Shown here one piece after another: positions 41,795 through 54,668 of a stretch of DNA of 64,000 nt. The number at the start of each line of letters is the position of its first letter. The stretch's first letter is position 1. The stretch is taken from assembly GCA_028023455.1 (NCBI GenBank), contig JAQFVV010000010.1, forward strand, positions 1,736,001 through 1,800,000, written 5' to 3'. The position numbers and the translations under genes are program-made. Under the pieces are notes generated by a model, which ran no database searches, was not told the DNA's origin, and worked only from the letters and a program-made list of their open reading frames with translations. This DNA is from Epiperipatus broadwayi. Taxonomy: Eukaryota; Animalia; Onychophora.

Positions 41795-42229
41795 AGTTTG
41801 GAGATATGTAAGACTTACATATGTATATAAGGAATTCAATAAAGCAAAAACATTACAATAAAGTAAATAGCAAACTGAGAATCTACAAAATACTTAAATT
41901 TTATTGAGTTCTTTAAAAGATATCAAATATGAAAATAAAAATAAGAGGTTTGTAATCAATGCATTAATATTAATATTAATGGGAAAATATAAATACATGT
42001 GATTAAAATATCAGTAATTAAATATTTTAATAATATATTTATTGATAAGTATAAATATAAATAAAGGTGTATCATTAAATTTGTGCCCATATATTATTTC
42101 ATACAACATCCAATATGAAATTTTTTGTAAAAAAAAGTGTCAGTCAGTTGAATAAATTTTCCACATATTAAATTATCAATAAATTTGTTAGTTATTGGAG
42201 ATATATTCATTAGTATGATAGATATCATC

Positions 42230-43345
42230 ATCACCATCATCAACTACTATCTATCCACTGCAGGATGAAGGTCTCTTCAAGTTCAATTCATTTCAGACGT
42301 CTAGCTTCTTTTCTTCATATCATCCCTGCACACTTTCTTATTTCATCCATCCATCTCACATGCAGTCTCTTTCTGGGTCTTTTACAATCTTTTAGAATCC
42401 AGTTTAAGATTTCAATTGTCTATGTATTATAATCTCTTCTAGCAATATGTGCAGCCCAATTCAACTTCAGTCTTTTAATTCTTTCAACTATGTCAGTAAC
42501 ACCTGTTTATTCTCTTACTCATATATCACATTTTCGATCTCTTCTTGTTACTCCTAACATGCATCTCTCCATACTTCTTTGAGTGGTCTTGCTCTTCTAT
42601 TATGTGGCCAAGTCTCAGATCCACAAGAAAGGAACTGGTAAAACACATTCCTTAAAATCTTTCTTTTCAAACATAGCCATATTTCATTTTAGTATTAAGT
42701 TATTTATACCAAAAGCGCTCCAACCAAGTTTAATTCTCTGATTAAATTTATCCATTATGTTTCCATCTGTAGTAATAATCTGACCAAGGTATTTGTAGTT
42801 GTTAACTTCTTCTAACTCATCATAATCAATCTTTATTTTCACCTTTTGAAAAAATCCATTGAACATTACTTTATTCTTTTTAACATTTACCTTTAGTCCT
42901 ACTTTCTTCCTTTCATCTGATAACTCCTGCAACATTTTCTGAAGTTCTAAAGCATTATTTTCAAAAACATCTTCATCATCTGCAAAATCTAAATGACTTA
43001 AATAATCTCCATTTACTTTTACTCCTTTAACTTTCCATTTTAATCTACAAAATACTTCTTGCAGTACTGCTGTAAAATTTTTTGGAGATATGGAGTCCCC
43101 CTATTTTACATCTTTCTCAATGTTAATCTTTTTAGTATCATTATAGAATCCAATTGTTGCTGTTGCATTTTTATAAATATTCTTCAGACTGAAGAGATGC
43201 TTACAGAATCAAATGCCTTTTCATAATCTACAAATCCAAAACATAATGGCAACTCATTCATTCATCCTTTCTATAATTTCTCTCAATTCTTGGATAAGAT
43301 CAATTGTACTAAAACTGCTTTAAATCCAGCTTTTTCTCTTGGTTG
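42230..43345 (-). mobile_element. 5'-truncated RTE LINE fragment
   Basis: NQPREKAGF, FVDYEKAFDSV, RFLDDLRFADD-like, MLQELSD..KYLGQ, with a (GAT)n-like tail at ~42230-42245. Confidence 0.85.
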
Positions 43346-44250
43346 GTTGGTAGAAATAATTATCCTTTATTATTGAATATAAGATTAGTAAATTAAACCA
43401 TCTTACTAATCACTTTCTGAAAATAGAATCCAGGGAAGGAAAGGTAATGAAAGGTCATTATTTTGACTATTTTTCTGAACCCTATTATACCATATTAATT
43501 TTGTACAAAGAGAATTTACTTTTCTGATAAAGGAGATGATAAATTTCACAATAGGCTTATAAATTATTATTTATGGAAAAATTAGTGTATTAAACAAGAG
43601 ATATCTTTGCATGAAATTAGCTTTAGCATTTTCATAGATATCAGGATTTTTGATGGAATGCAATAAACTAGAAGGAAAGTGCAGTAAAAATCCTAAAACA
43701 TTTTTGAGGTAAATTAATACAAGTCGAGGAAATTCTTTTACTTATAAAAGTAATCCATGTTGTAAACTGACTGTTATTAGAAGTAAGAGCAAATCCACTA
43801 GAATACTTATCCAAAATGGCAAAAAATTGAGGGAGATATTTTCTATGTAAGAAAATCATTAAATCATTCAAATACATTTTTTATTAAATATTCTTATTGA
43901 GTGAAGGAATGAATAATTTAGAATGAACAATCCACATATGTCACTCTCAGTTTTCGTAAGAAGGGTATTAGTATAGGTAATAAAAAAGAAAAATTGAGGG
44001 GGCGGTAAGCTTATGGAATAGAGATATGCAGGATGAAGTGATTTACTCATAGAAATTGAATCAAAGCTGACTTGATATCCAATAGAACCATATAGATGCC
44101 ATTTTCCTTAAGAAACTATGTTAAAAAGTATTGCAAATGCAGAAATGGAAAAACCTATTTAGCAAATGGAAGTTAGACATGAAATATTTTGATAATTTGA
44201 TAAATAAAAGAGACATAGAAATAGACTTTACATTAGCTAGTAGGAATGGA
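43346..44250 (-). mobile_element. L1/Tx1-clade RT fragment, copy 4
   Basis: LLDIKSAFDS-like, YLNDLMIFLHRKYLPQ and IRKVNSLCTKLIW, homologous to ORF2 of copies 1 and 2. Confidence 0.7.
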
Positions 44251-45084
44251 AAAATATCAATTACATAAATTTATTTAAGCAAATAATCAAAAAATTTTAC
44301 AAATAATGTGAATAATAAAATGTTTAAGATGCTGCAAGATGAATCAAGAGATGTCTGGTATACTGATTAATATAAAATTCAATTGAATTTATTTTCCTGT
44401 CTAATAATATTATGACTTTGAAAATGTTGTTATTCCAACTCTTAATTATTTTAAAGAAATAACTTAATTAATTTAAAGTTAATTTATGAATGGAAATCAA
44501 CTGATTGATTATAAATTTTATAAAAATATTTTTTTTGATGAAATGAAATGTTTAATATTTCATAAAAATGCCATTTTTTGTTTATTATTAATCAATTAGT
44601 TATTAAATAATTATTAAAAAAATATTTTTTAGTCTTAATTTCTTTATTCTCCAATTCCTGTTTCATAAATTGAGTGTGTGTTACCTTATTCCATGACAGC
44701 TTAGTGTTCTAGGATTTATTTTAAATGATCCCAATAAAACTATTTACTTATAGTTAGGGCAAACCTAGGAATTATTTAAAGTGATTTATAATAAGCTGTT
44801 TTATTTTTTTGATCTCTTACTCACAGTAATAGTTTATATGATTCCTGAGCTAGATTTGTGCTTAACAGTTATATGGGAGTTTTATGTTTAGTGGTATGGA
44901 TATTCAGATGATGATGATCCTGGTTGGTGCAAAAAGAGATATTCTTTAAAGTTCATGCATTACATTTCATTTATTATTTCTTTAGCAATTTAGTTTATAG
45001 TTGGTCAGTACATTAATGATTCTAAGTGGCCAGAGCATTGATGATAGTCAGGATGTTTTTAGTATCTCAGCATTATTTGACTTA

Positions 45085-45356
45085 CCAAAATCACACTTTT
45101 CTTTATGTTTGCTGTAATATCATATAAATACAATTTATCCAAACTTCAAACACTTTTTAGCAAACTTTATTTGTACATACACCTATGTTTCGACTGACCT
45201 GCAGTCTTCTTCAGAGTAAGGTTATTCTGATCTTCTATTTTATTTAGAAGATCAGAATAACCTTACTCTGAAGAAGACTGCAGGTCAGTCGAAATGTAGG
45301 TGTATGTACAAATAAAGTTTGCTAAAAAGTGTTTGAAGTTTGGATAAATTGTATTT
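45085..45356. mobile_element. Hammerhead fold-back element, family E (Penelope pLTR-like)
   Basis: 114-bp inverted arms at 45124-45237 and 45245-45358 with 2 mismatches and a 7-nt loop. Perfect 13-bp TSD attatttgactta at 45072-45084 and 45357-45369. Confidence 0.9.
45264..45302 (+). ncRNA. Minimal type-I hammerhead (family E); mirror copy on minus at ~45181-45220
   Basis: TACT-CTGAAGA-A-GACTG(CAGGT)CAGTC-GAAA-[TG/CA; ancestral CG]TA-GGTG, followed by AATAAA about 12 nt downstream. The reconstructed stem III is the palindrome ACGT. Confidence 0.7.
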
Positions 45357-46619
45357 ATTATTTGACTTATTGTTGTATTTTGGTGAAGTAGTACCTACCC
45401 TAGATTTGGCAGTGACTAAATAATTAGCCTGGTCTATAGTGGACCATTTTCAAATCCAGTCATAAGGTGGACTGTTGATTTATTTTTATTGTTAATCACG
45501 TTTGTGTAATGCTGGTAAATTTATAGTTAGTTCTATGCTGATTTCTCATGCTCATTTTTTTTATTTGGGGATAATGATGGTTTCCCATCTCATAATTCAA
45601 TCCTACCTCAGTTTTTCTCTTATCAACCACTATTTTCTGTTCAATTACAGTTGTCACTTAATTTATGAAACCACTATTTCCATACCGTTACACTATATTT
45701 ACCTTAATAATATGTAGGCATCATTAAATTGTGGAATTAATAACAATAGTAAACTATTACCAACAACTGCTTGGTCATAGTCATCATCATAATTAGCATT
45801 CATTCATAAATGAGTATGGTTGTTCAAACTCCAGACAGAGAGCCAAATAAAAAGTTAAAAAAAATTCCAATAATTATGCAATCTAATCTTAAATCATAAA
45901 TATGTCCATTTATTTAATATATTCTTTATTTGACATTTTGTAATGGTCTTTTTAAACTTTTTTTGTAGCAATTGTTTCAAAGACTCCAATATCATATTTA
46001 AACATTGACATCATTTTTAGTTATATTTGCTTTCATTGGAAATATTGCTCAAGTTTCCATAAAATATATTGTTTTAGAAAATTTGTTATCATTCTTTGTT
46101 TCATATGGGCAATCTACTGAAGAAATATCTTGATATCATTAGATTTACTAAGACCACATATCTAGCAACCTGAAGAATATTGTTTTGAAGGAATTTTTTC
46201 TTAATATCTTTATATTACATCATTAACACCCATTAAATTCAATATATATATAACAAATTTATTTCACATACTTTTTCTTTTCAAATCCTGTTTTATTTTA
46301 TGAACCTAATGTTTCATTTCAAAATTCTTCCAATATCTCGACGAAATGTTCTATCTTTTAATTGTCAAGGTTGCTAGTCATAGTTCAATTGCCTGTCTTC
46401 AGATAGAGAACTTATACAGTTGTGTGAGGAAAATTTTAATAAAAATGTTTATTATATATATTTCATTATATTGAATAAGTTGAGTTACAAATACAGGAAA
46501 TAATTATTTATTGTCGTAAATATGACACCGCTTAAACTTTTTTTAAAAGATGCACATTTAACTACAGCCCAAAAAAATATACATCTACACATATATAAAA
46601 AATAATATTGAAAACAGTC

Positions 46620-46623
46620 AAAA
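46620..46623 (-). terminator. Pol III T4 terminator of 7SK
   Basis: TTTT on the minus strand, 5 nt after the terminal hairpin. Confidence 0.65.
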
Positions 46624-46924
46624 GTAATGGCGAGCTACCACACAGGCAGTGCCAATTCTGGAGCGTCGTTAAGTTACAATTGAAGCTGAACTAGCTAACT
46701 ACCCAATTACGCCCTAAGCTAAGCTTCTAGAGTAGTCGGCCAGAATATACCCGGGTAACCCCACCCAGGGGTGGAGAATTTGGACGGATACTCAACCGTG
46801 CGACTAAGGCATCGGGAATATCATATACACGGAATTGTGCTAAACTAGGACACTAATTCTGAGCAGATCAGCCTGAACGTATTTAGCGATCGATGTTCAG
46901 ACGCGTCTCCAGACACACGCTTCC
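46620..46924 (-). ncRNA. 7SK: 7SK snRNA gene (305 nt), apparently intact
   Basis: The 5' end GGAAGCGTGTGTCTGGAGACGCGTCTGAACATCGATCGCTAAATACGTTCAGGCTGATCTGCTCAGA has paired GAUC motifs and resembles arthropod 7SK. The 5' GGAAGCGT can pair with ACGCTCC near the 3' end. The terminal hairpin GGCACTGCCTGTGTGGTAGCTCGCC is followed by TTTT. CpGs are retained. Confidence 0.85.
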
Positions 46925-46945
46925 AAGGAAATTATAGTATAGCAG

Positions 46946-46995
46946 TTTATATAAGTATAGAAAAATCGGTCGAGTTGATTGTATGGGTTGAATAA
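46946..46995 (-). promoter_or_regulatory. Type-3 Pol III promoter of 7SK (TATA box and probable PSE)
   Basis: TATATAAA at -29..-22 (plus strand 46946-46953). ATTCAACCCATACAATCAACTC sits at about -65..-45, the expected PSE position; the PSE assignment is positional only. Confidence 0.65.
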
Positions 46996-49029
46996 ATATT
47001 TGTAGATGTAATATGAAATGTAACTTAATATACTTTTGTATTTAGCTTAAAATTAACGATTTTATAGTTTTTATAACAAGAATTAAAAGTATTGTAATTT
47101 CATCATTTACTTTGAAAGATTAAAGTAAAAATAATGTCAATCTATGCATACACATATAGTTATAGAAATGCATATAAAATGATACAATTTCATTTTAAAA
47201 TAAATAAATAGTGTATTTTTAATACAAATAATAAAAATATTATCAAAATTACAATATTTTCTATTTTTCTTTATTTATGTATTTTCGTAAAGGGACTATT
47301 GTCCTACTTGACCTTTTTCGCGAAAGATTAAATCCGGGAAAAAAAGGTGCCATAATAATTTTTATATTCACTAGGCGACGCTAGTCAACAATGATGGCTG
47401 CATTTGATTACAACAGCTAAGTGAAAAATCTATAGAAATCATGACTTAAAAATCATTCATATTTTTATGTACATGTTTTACTCTATTCTATAGTAGAACA
47501 TGGAGCAAATATAAAGGTAAGACATGTAATTTAAATCAGTATTTTTTCTTTTTTTTTGCATTAATTATATTTAGCGACACATACAAAATTGAGTATAGTA
47601 GAAAGCCTTTTGATGTTTATTCTCTTTGCGTTGAGAAAAGCAGTGAATTACATTGACCTCTTTATTTTAATTCATCAAAGATGAAAAACTGACCTGAAGG
47701 GTATATATATTAATAACTAAAGTATGGTCCTTTCCTATGTGGTTGTATTTTATGGTAACTATTATAAATTCCCGAGCAAAAAACCTTTCGATTGTTCAGT
47801 TATTATTGTACGCAATAATTAATGCAAACTATTTCAAAAAATACATAAAAAAAGATTTATACAGTGAAAATAATGCTTCCTTTAATTCAGCAAACTACTG
47901 TATTTAATGAAATTTCAAGTACTTATTACACGTTCGTTTTAGCCTTATTTTAATGATTAAATATGTTTGCTTTCCTTTTTTTTTTTTTTAAAAAAAAAAT
48001 GTTTTAATTTGGTTTAAAAATTTATTTAAGTGAACGTTGTTTGATTTTGTTAAACTAAGATTATTATAGATTCATTTCGAAAATTGATTAGGCTTTGTTG
48101 TGTCTGGTAATTGTATTCATTATTATATCACTTGTTAAATGTTGACTGATTTTTTTATCTGCAAAATGCAATAAAAATTGTATGTATTTGCGATTAAAAT
48201 ATGTATTAAATGTTTTATGTAAATAATACTGGAAATCTAAAATCTCTAACTGTAAATCTAGGGCTGTAATTAAAGGAAATATAAAATTATGTCTAATTAA
48301 AAACTTGATGCAATAATTAGAAATTTCCGAGTTAATGGATTACAGTTGCTTATTAAAAGTCAACAGTAATGATAAAAAAATATGCTGATGTAAGATTCCT
48401 ATGTTATAGCAAATTAATTAGTCTCCCCAATGACGACATTCTAGAAAATTGTGAATATAAAAGGGTAAATTGGCAAAGTATCATCTAGAAATATCTATTC
48501 TTTAGTTTAAGACACATCTAGAGTTTTTATACAAATCACACAGACTTTTTATGATTTTTTTTATAGACCTTCGGGTAAAAGATAATATTTGGTATTTAGG
48601 GCCATAATAGATATTTATGAATTGTCAATCATTATATATTAATTATTGAGCTCTTGAATTTTGTTATATTTTAAGGTCTGTTCTTTATTAATTGTTTTCA
48701 CTTGTTGAGTGACATTTATCATGATTTCTTTTGATGTATGTTTACTAGTAGCCAACTTGCTCAAATCTAAATCTTGGAAGTCCAACTAATAACAAGCAAT
48801 TACCCTTGGATATTGCAATTGGTGCAATTGACTGTCAAACCTCTGATGAGTTTATAAATATAGCAAATTGGCCAAGTACTATAGTCAAAACTAAATGTGT
48901 TTAATAATAAATTAGTGTTGTCTTGTTAGGTTAACCTTGATTTGATGGATATAATAGATGTTGCTATAATGTCATTCCAAAGCTAAGAACAGTGTTATAA
49001 AATAGACTAGTGTTTATGATTAGCATTGG

Positions 49030-52000
49030 ACAAAATTAATAATGGCACTGCAAAATAATTTGATTGCTGAATTTGATGTAAATGATCCAACAGAGTGGCA
49101 GTTATATGTCACACATGTGGGAAAATGTATGCTAATTAACAATATACTTAATGAGAAAGTAAAAGTTGTGATTTTAATGTAGTTAATGGGCAAAGGATTC
49201 TTACAGTTAGTTAACTGATTGTATGACTCAAAAGCTCTAGATGTGCCTTATGATGATCTAATTGAAAAGTTAAATATCAAGTGAACAATATCAAAACATG
49301 TAGTTCATCTGCCATTCAGAATTAGACACCAGTCACTAAATGAAAATATACAAGAATTTGACATGATTGTGCCTATGTGCTAAAGAATGCAATTTTGGTA
49401 TTGGACTAGAGAAAGTACTTCCCAACCAGATATTGTGGTGGATCACCAATAGTAAGTTCAGACAGCATTTGTTGAGTGAACTTGAATTAATCTACAAGCA
49501 GTCTATGGAAAAGTGCATAGCATATGATACTATTGTTGAACAATTATGCAAATTACAAAGTATTAGATAATTTGTGAAGTGTAAATAAAATGGATTTGCC
49601 AAAGAAAAAAAAAATTAAATCAAGATTATGCTATATAAAAATGATTGTTGTAGCTGTAACATGTGCAACTTGTTACTGTTGTGGAAATTGTAAATATAAA
49701 AATGACTGCTGTAGCTATAAAATATGGTATTAAGGATTACTTGTTTCAAATTTGTAGGAAAATAAAATCAGTCTGATTCTAGGGTAGATAACTCAAAATG
49801 AAAAACTAATGTCAAAAAGACAAACAGCAATGGTAATGGTCATATCATGCTTGATATTTTTATTCAGGAGCAAAAAGATAAAATGGATATTGACATTGGA
49901 CATGGGGTCAGTTTAGTATCAGAAAAGAATTAGCATCATAAAGAAAGTAATCCCCATCATTAAAATAGATTTATCGGCAAATGATGTGAATGGAAATCTC
50001 ATAGAAATAGGAGTAGTAAATGTACTTGTAAAAATGAGTAGGCAAGAGAGAAAGCTGCTTCTGTATCTCGTTACAAAAAATATAAGTCCTATATTAGGAA
50101 AAAACTGGTTTAGATCAGTGGGCAGCAAAATAAAAATTGTTAAGCAAGTAAAATTGAAAGGTGTAGTTCAGAGAAAGGATTGAAAATTATTTAAGTTTGG
50201 TTCTCTAAAGTAAATACACTCCCTATAGATATTGAATTAACAAAATACACTTAACCTTGTCATTTGTAAATCTAGGAAAGTTCTTTTTCCATTGAAGAAA
50301 GGCTCTCAAAGAATTAGTGGAAAAAGTTACTATTATATCTATTGAGGAGTCAACTTGGGCAAATTGGTAGTAGATATTAAAACCATATGGGATTATTCAC
50401 TTATGTGACGATTTTCATGAGCCATAAATAAATATATCAATAGGAGTGCATATCCCATGCTGAATGTTCATGAAGTATTGGCATTATTGCAGTTTGTCTT
50501 TCGTCAGATCCTAATAACATCAAGGATTATTTGACAATAAATATGCAAAGAACAGGCTGTTATATAGAATATGCAAGGAGTTATATCATCTTTTAAGAAT
50601 TATTAATAACTGTTGAGATAGAGATCAAATTAGAAATATGCCTAAATAAATTAATCATTTAGACTAGAAATATTATTGATTAATGCTTAAGTAAAGTTTG
50701 TAAATATCTAGGAAATTTGGAGCATGTCTAAATATTGAAAAAGATTTGTATTTGTTACTGGACTAAGATTGAGTCTGTGTGATCAGTAATGAAGGAAAGT
50801 ATTCAAATCCGGCAAAACTCAGTGCTATTAAAAATGCACCTAGAACAAAAACTATTAAACAATTGCAAGTACTTTTAGGATTATTACTTTTTTTTTTTTA
50901 AAGTTTTGTGAAAGTAAAACCTCATGTAGTAATTCTATTATATGATTTTCTAAAACAGAATAAGACAGAAATAGGGAAAGTTTTCAACAAGACTAGAAGC
51001 TTATTAATATCATATCAATTTGTAGTTCATTATAGAGATATCCATGAAATTATAATAACTACTAATGCTTTTGAATGTAGTGATATTATTTTACATCAGG
51101 TCTATGGAAATGAACACATTATTGCTCATGCATCCAAAACTATCAGCAGCTAAAAAGAATTTTGGCCAGTTAGCTAAAGAAGCCCTGGCTATAGTATGTA
51201 TTGTAAAGAAAATTTTGTTATTCTTTATATTGATGTGCTTTTAAAATTTATATTGATCATAGACCCCCTAGATATATTTGCATATCAGAAGAAAACTCCA
51301 GAACATTTGAGTTAATGACTGCTTTAATGGAAGAACATTCCTGCTTCATATTACTTTAAACTTATTTATAAATCAGAAAAAGTATTAGCCATATTAATGT
51401 GTTGTCTTAGAATACCAGATAGGCACAAGAATGCACTACAGCTGAAGTAAATTACATAGACATTATGCAACTATATGTTAAATAGTATAGTCCTGGCCAA
51501 GTGGATGAAACCACTAAAACATTGTATGATCACCATTTCCTATGTTTATGCAAGGTGTTAAAACAGTAGCAAACTCTTCAGATAGAAGTAATATCCAGTA
51601 GAAGCCATAATAATCAATGGATGCTAGAAGGTTTATGCATAAAGTCCCTGTCTAGTGCATATCCATCCAATATTCCCAGATTAGTTTCTAGCTTCTGGCT
51701 TTCATCAGTAAAGGACTTTAGATCTGAGAACATTGCATAAAAATCTCTTTCTAGTGTCTACTCATTCAATATCTCCAGATTTGTTTTTAGCTTGTGGATT
51801 TCATCAATGAAAAACTTTGAATCTGAGACCATTGCATTGTGCAATATTCTCAGATCCAAAATTCCTCATGGATGCCTGAAACTAATCTTAGAATATTGTG
51901 ATAAATAGACACTAGAAAGGGATTTTATGCACAAACCCAGCATCCATTGATTATTATGGCTTGCACTGGGTAGTACTACTGTCTGGAGAGTTAACTACTA

Positions 52001-53320
52001 TTTTCAAGTGGATGAAAAAGAATGCTGGGTACCAGTTTGTAAATAGTTGGAAAGAGTGGCCTAGTCACTGACTTAAGTATGTAATACTGCAAATTTGTAA
52101 TGTTTGCAATAGCTTATCAATGTGCAAAAAATGTATTTTAATGACTGAGTCAGTATTAATGCATGGGGAACATACTGGCCTTCTTAGAATGAAAGCCCTC
52201 ACAAAGTTATATATATGGTAGCCAGGTATGAGTAATAATTGATAGGGAAATCAAATTCTGCACAGCTTATCAATCACTGAGATTACCTAGCAAAGAATTT
52301 GAGTTATGGTCTCAAGCTATTGAGTCATGGTAATGTATACAAATAAATCATGCTTATTTGAGAATGATGTAAATGCGGTAGATACTATGAAAATATTTAA
52401 ACTATTTACATGTTACTTTTACCCAAAAACATTAGTTTCCTACAAAGAAACTGGATTTACACTGCAATATTTAAAAAGTTTTGTTAGCAAGGGAGTATAT
52501 CATATTTGACATCCTCATACAACACACAGTTAAATGAATGAGCTGAAAAAACAGTTTAAAAACTTGAACATTAAATAAGAGCTGTAACAATCACAATGTT
52601 TTATCATCATTCTACGATGTTTACTAGTAGGAAGATATCATCTGCAGAAACGCTCATGAGATGAAAGCTATGAACTCATGTTATTGCTGGTACTCAAAAG
52701 TAATGAATGTATAGAGAATAAAATCATGAAATTTAAAATTGAAGAATAAGTATGTGTATATAATTTGACTAAAAAAATAATGAATGTATAGATAATAAAA
52801 TAAGATTCCATGAAATTTAAAATTGGAGAACAAGTATGTGTATATAATTTGATTAAAAAGCAGTAATGAGCTGGAATAGTCTCTAAGATTTTGTCAAAAC
52901 AGTTACGAGTGATAAAACAACTGGTAATAATGAAGTCTAACAACATATAAATTACTTAAGAAGTCACCAAACATAATTAATAGATATAGAGGCTGAGAAA
53001 GATAAATTGTTTCCCACTACTGGAAGTCTAAATAAATCCAGTGGAGACATATAAATCATTTAAGCAGTCACCAAACAAAATTAATAGATATAGAGACAGA
53101 GAAAGATAAATTATGTTTCTCACTACTAGAAGTCAAAACAAATTCCATGGGCAAAAATAATTATCTCAGAGAATCAAAAGTTAATGAATAAAAGTTAATC
53201 GCAGAGCAACTCCAAAAAGTTGGCACAAATAATAGTGATGTAGAGCCCAAACATGTTGCACCTTTGAGTAGTTCACGAAATCTAAGAGTACTGGAAAAAC
53301 TAAAAGACTATGTTTGTGAA
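49030..53320 (+). mobile_element. Decayed Ty3/gypsy LTR retrotransposon internal region (gag-PR-RT-RH-IN)
   Basis: gag: DPTEWQLYV and CAKECNFG..FRQHLLSE. Protease-like: IDIGHGVS. RNase H: IAHASKT..AKEALAIV. Integrase: HGEHTG..RMKAL..YIW*PG, FTLQYLKSF and a duplicated FKIGEQV. The C-terminus reads LKDYV. No LTRs identified. Confidence 0.85.
51511..52004. mobile_element. Hammerhead fold-back element, family A, nested in gypsy pol
   Basis: Direct arm with an internal partial repeat, plus an inverted arm at ~51845-52004. Perfect 13-bp TSD caagtggatgaaa at 51498-51510 and 52005-52017. Stem II variant is AGC/GCT. Confidence 0.85.
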
Positions 53321-54596
53321 TAAACTGGTTATTCTCTAGAGAGAATGGAAGATATGCATCAATTATTGACTTTCAAAAGATTTAGGTTTGAGTAAGTTGA
53401 CTACCTGCTTAAAAGAAATCAGTTAGCAACTGAAAGACAATTAACAATAAGATTTATTATATCACTACTAAGAGAGCAGACATCAAACATATAACAGGTA
53501 CAAGAACTTGGACAACTGAATATACAAGATTAACATTATATACAAATATTATCTTTAGTCAAAGATCTACAAAAATCATAAAAGATCTGTCTGAACTCTC
53601 CAGAATGATACTCCATGAATTCCTGCCCAGAATGATACTCCATGAATTCCTGCCCCCCCCCCCCCGATCCTATTTTTTATGCTTTTATATATTCACAATT
53701 CTCTCAGGTCCATCATCGTTGGGGAGACTGATTAGTTTATTATCTGGCATATTTTTTTTTATCATTGTCTTAAATAGCAACTTTTATTCATTAATTAAGG
53801 ATTTTCTAATTACTGCAACAAGCTTTTAATTATACATAATTTTACATTTTGTTTAATTATGGCCTTAAATTTACAATTAGACTTATTTTAGAATTCCAAT
53901 ATTTTCTACCATTTTACAGATACAGAACTATATTTGATATTTATAGAGATAACAAATTCATAATTTTTTATAATATTTCACAGGTAAAAATAACGTATAT
54001 AACATTTAACAATTTATATGTTTCATAAGAAAACTTGAAATGGAAATTATTTGCAACTTAATGAATTTAGTTTTTTTGTAATTATTTTTAAAATGTATTT
54101 TAAAACAGAAATTTCATTTATAAAATACCAAATATTAAGTAAGTAAACTTCAGCTTTATATTTTTAATGAAGTTGTATCTTTTTTGCGTTTAGACATATG
54201 AGTTTCAAGTACAATTCTTTCCTGCTCCCTCCTCCCTTTTATTTGTCTTAGTTGAGAATTAATTTACGAACTTTAAATTATAAATTCATATCTAGACTAA
54301 TTGCTTAGAATATTAAAGTTCTCTGATGAATTTTGTTAACTTTTAAAATATAATTATGTAAACCATCTCCATTTTACAGAGTGTATGCTAAATATTCTTT
54401 GGACTTCTTTTATTTCAAAAGCAAAAAAAAAAAAAATTGCTAATGTGTATATAGGTACATACAAAGAAAATAACCATTAAATTTTTTATTTTCTTGTTTA
54501 AAATATAAACTTCATAAATAGAATTGTAAAATTAAAATAATGTTTCTAGATAATAGCAATTTTTATTATTCTTTGTTTTTTCTTTCATATATCAAA

Positions 54597-54668
54597 TGCA
54601 TTGACCGGAGAATGAACCCGGGCCAGCTGCTTGGAAGGCAGCTATGCTAACCACTAGGCCACCAACGC
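54597..54668 (-). pseudogene. tRNA-Gly(TCC)-derived retrocopy, probably non-functional
   Basis: GCGTTGGTGGCCTAGTGGTTAGCATAGCTGCCTTCCAAGCAGCTGGCCCGGGTTCATTCTCCGGTCAATGCA. The T-loop is altered (TTCATTC) and the acceptor stem has two G-U pairs. There is an A-rich tail and a 16-bp direct repeat caatttttattattct at 54557-54572 and 54675-54690. Confidence 0.85.

Noticed and set aside
46620-46924. RNase P/MRP or telomerase RNA
   Set aside because: It lacks the P4 pseudoknot strands and a TTAGG-type template. The 7SK hallmarks fit much better.
48838-48895. Hammerhead-like CTGATGAG upstream of the gypsy element
   Set aside because: No stem II, GAAA or stem I pairing found.
48900-53500. LTRs and PBS of the gypsy element
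   Set aside because: No matching TG...CA terminal repeats or convincing PBS could be found by eye.
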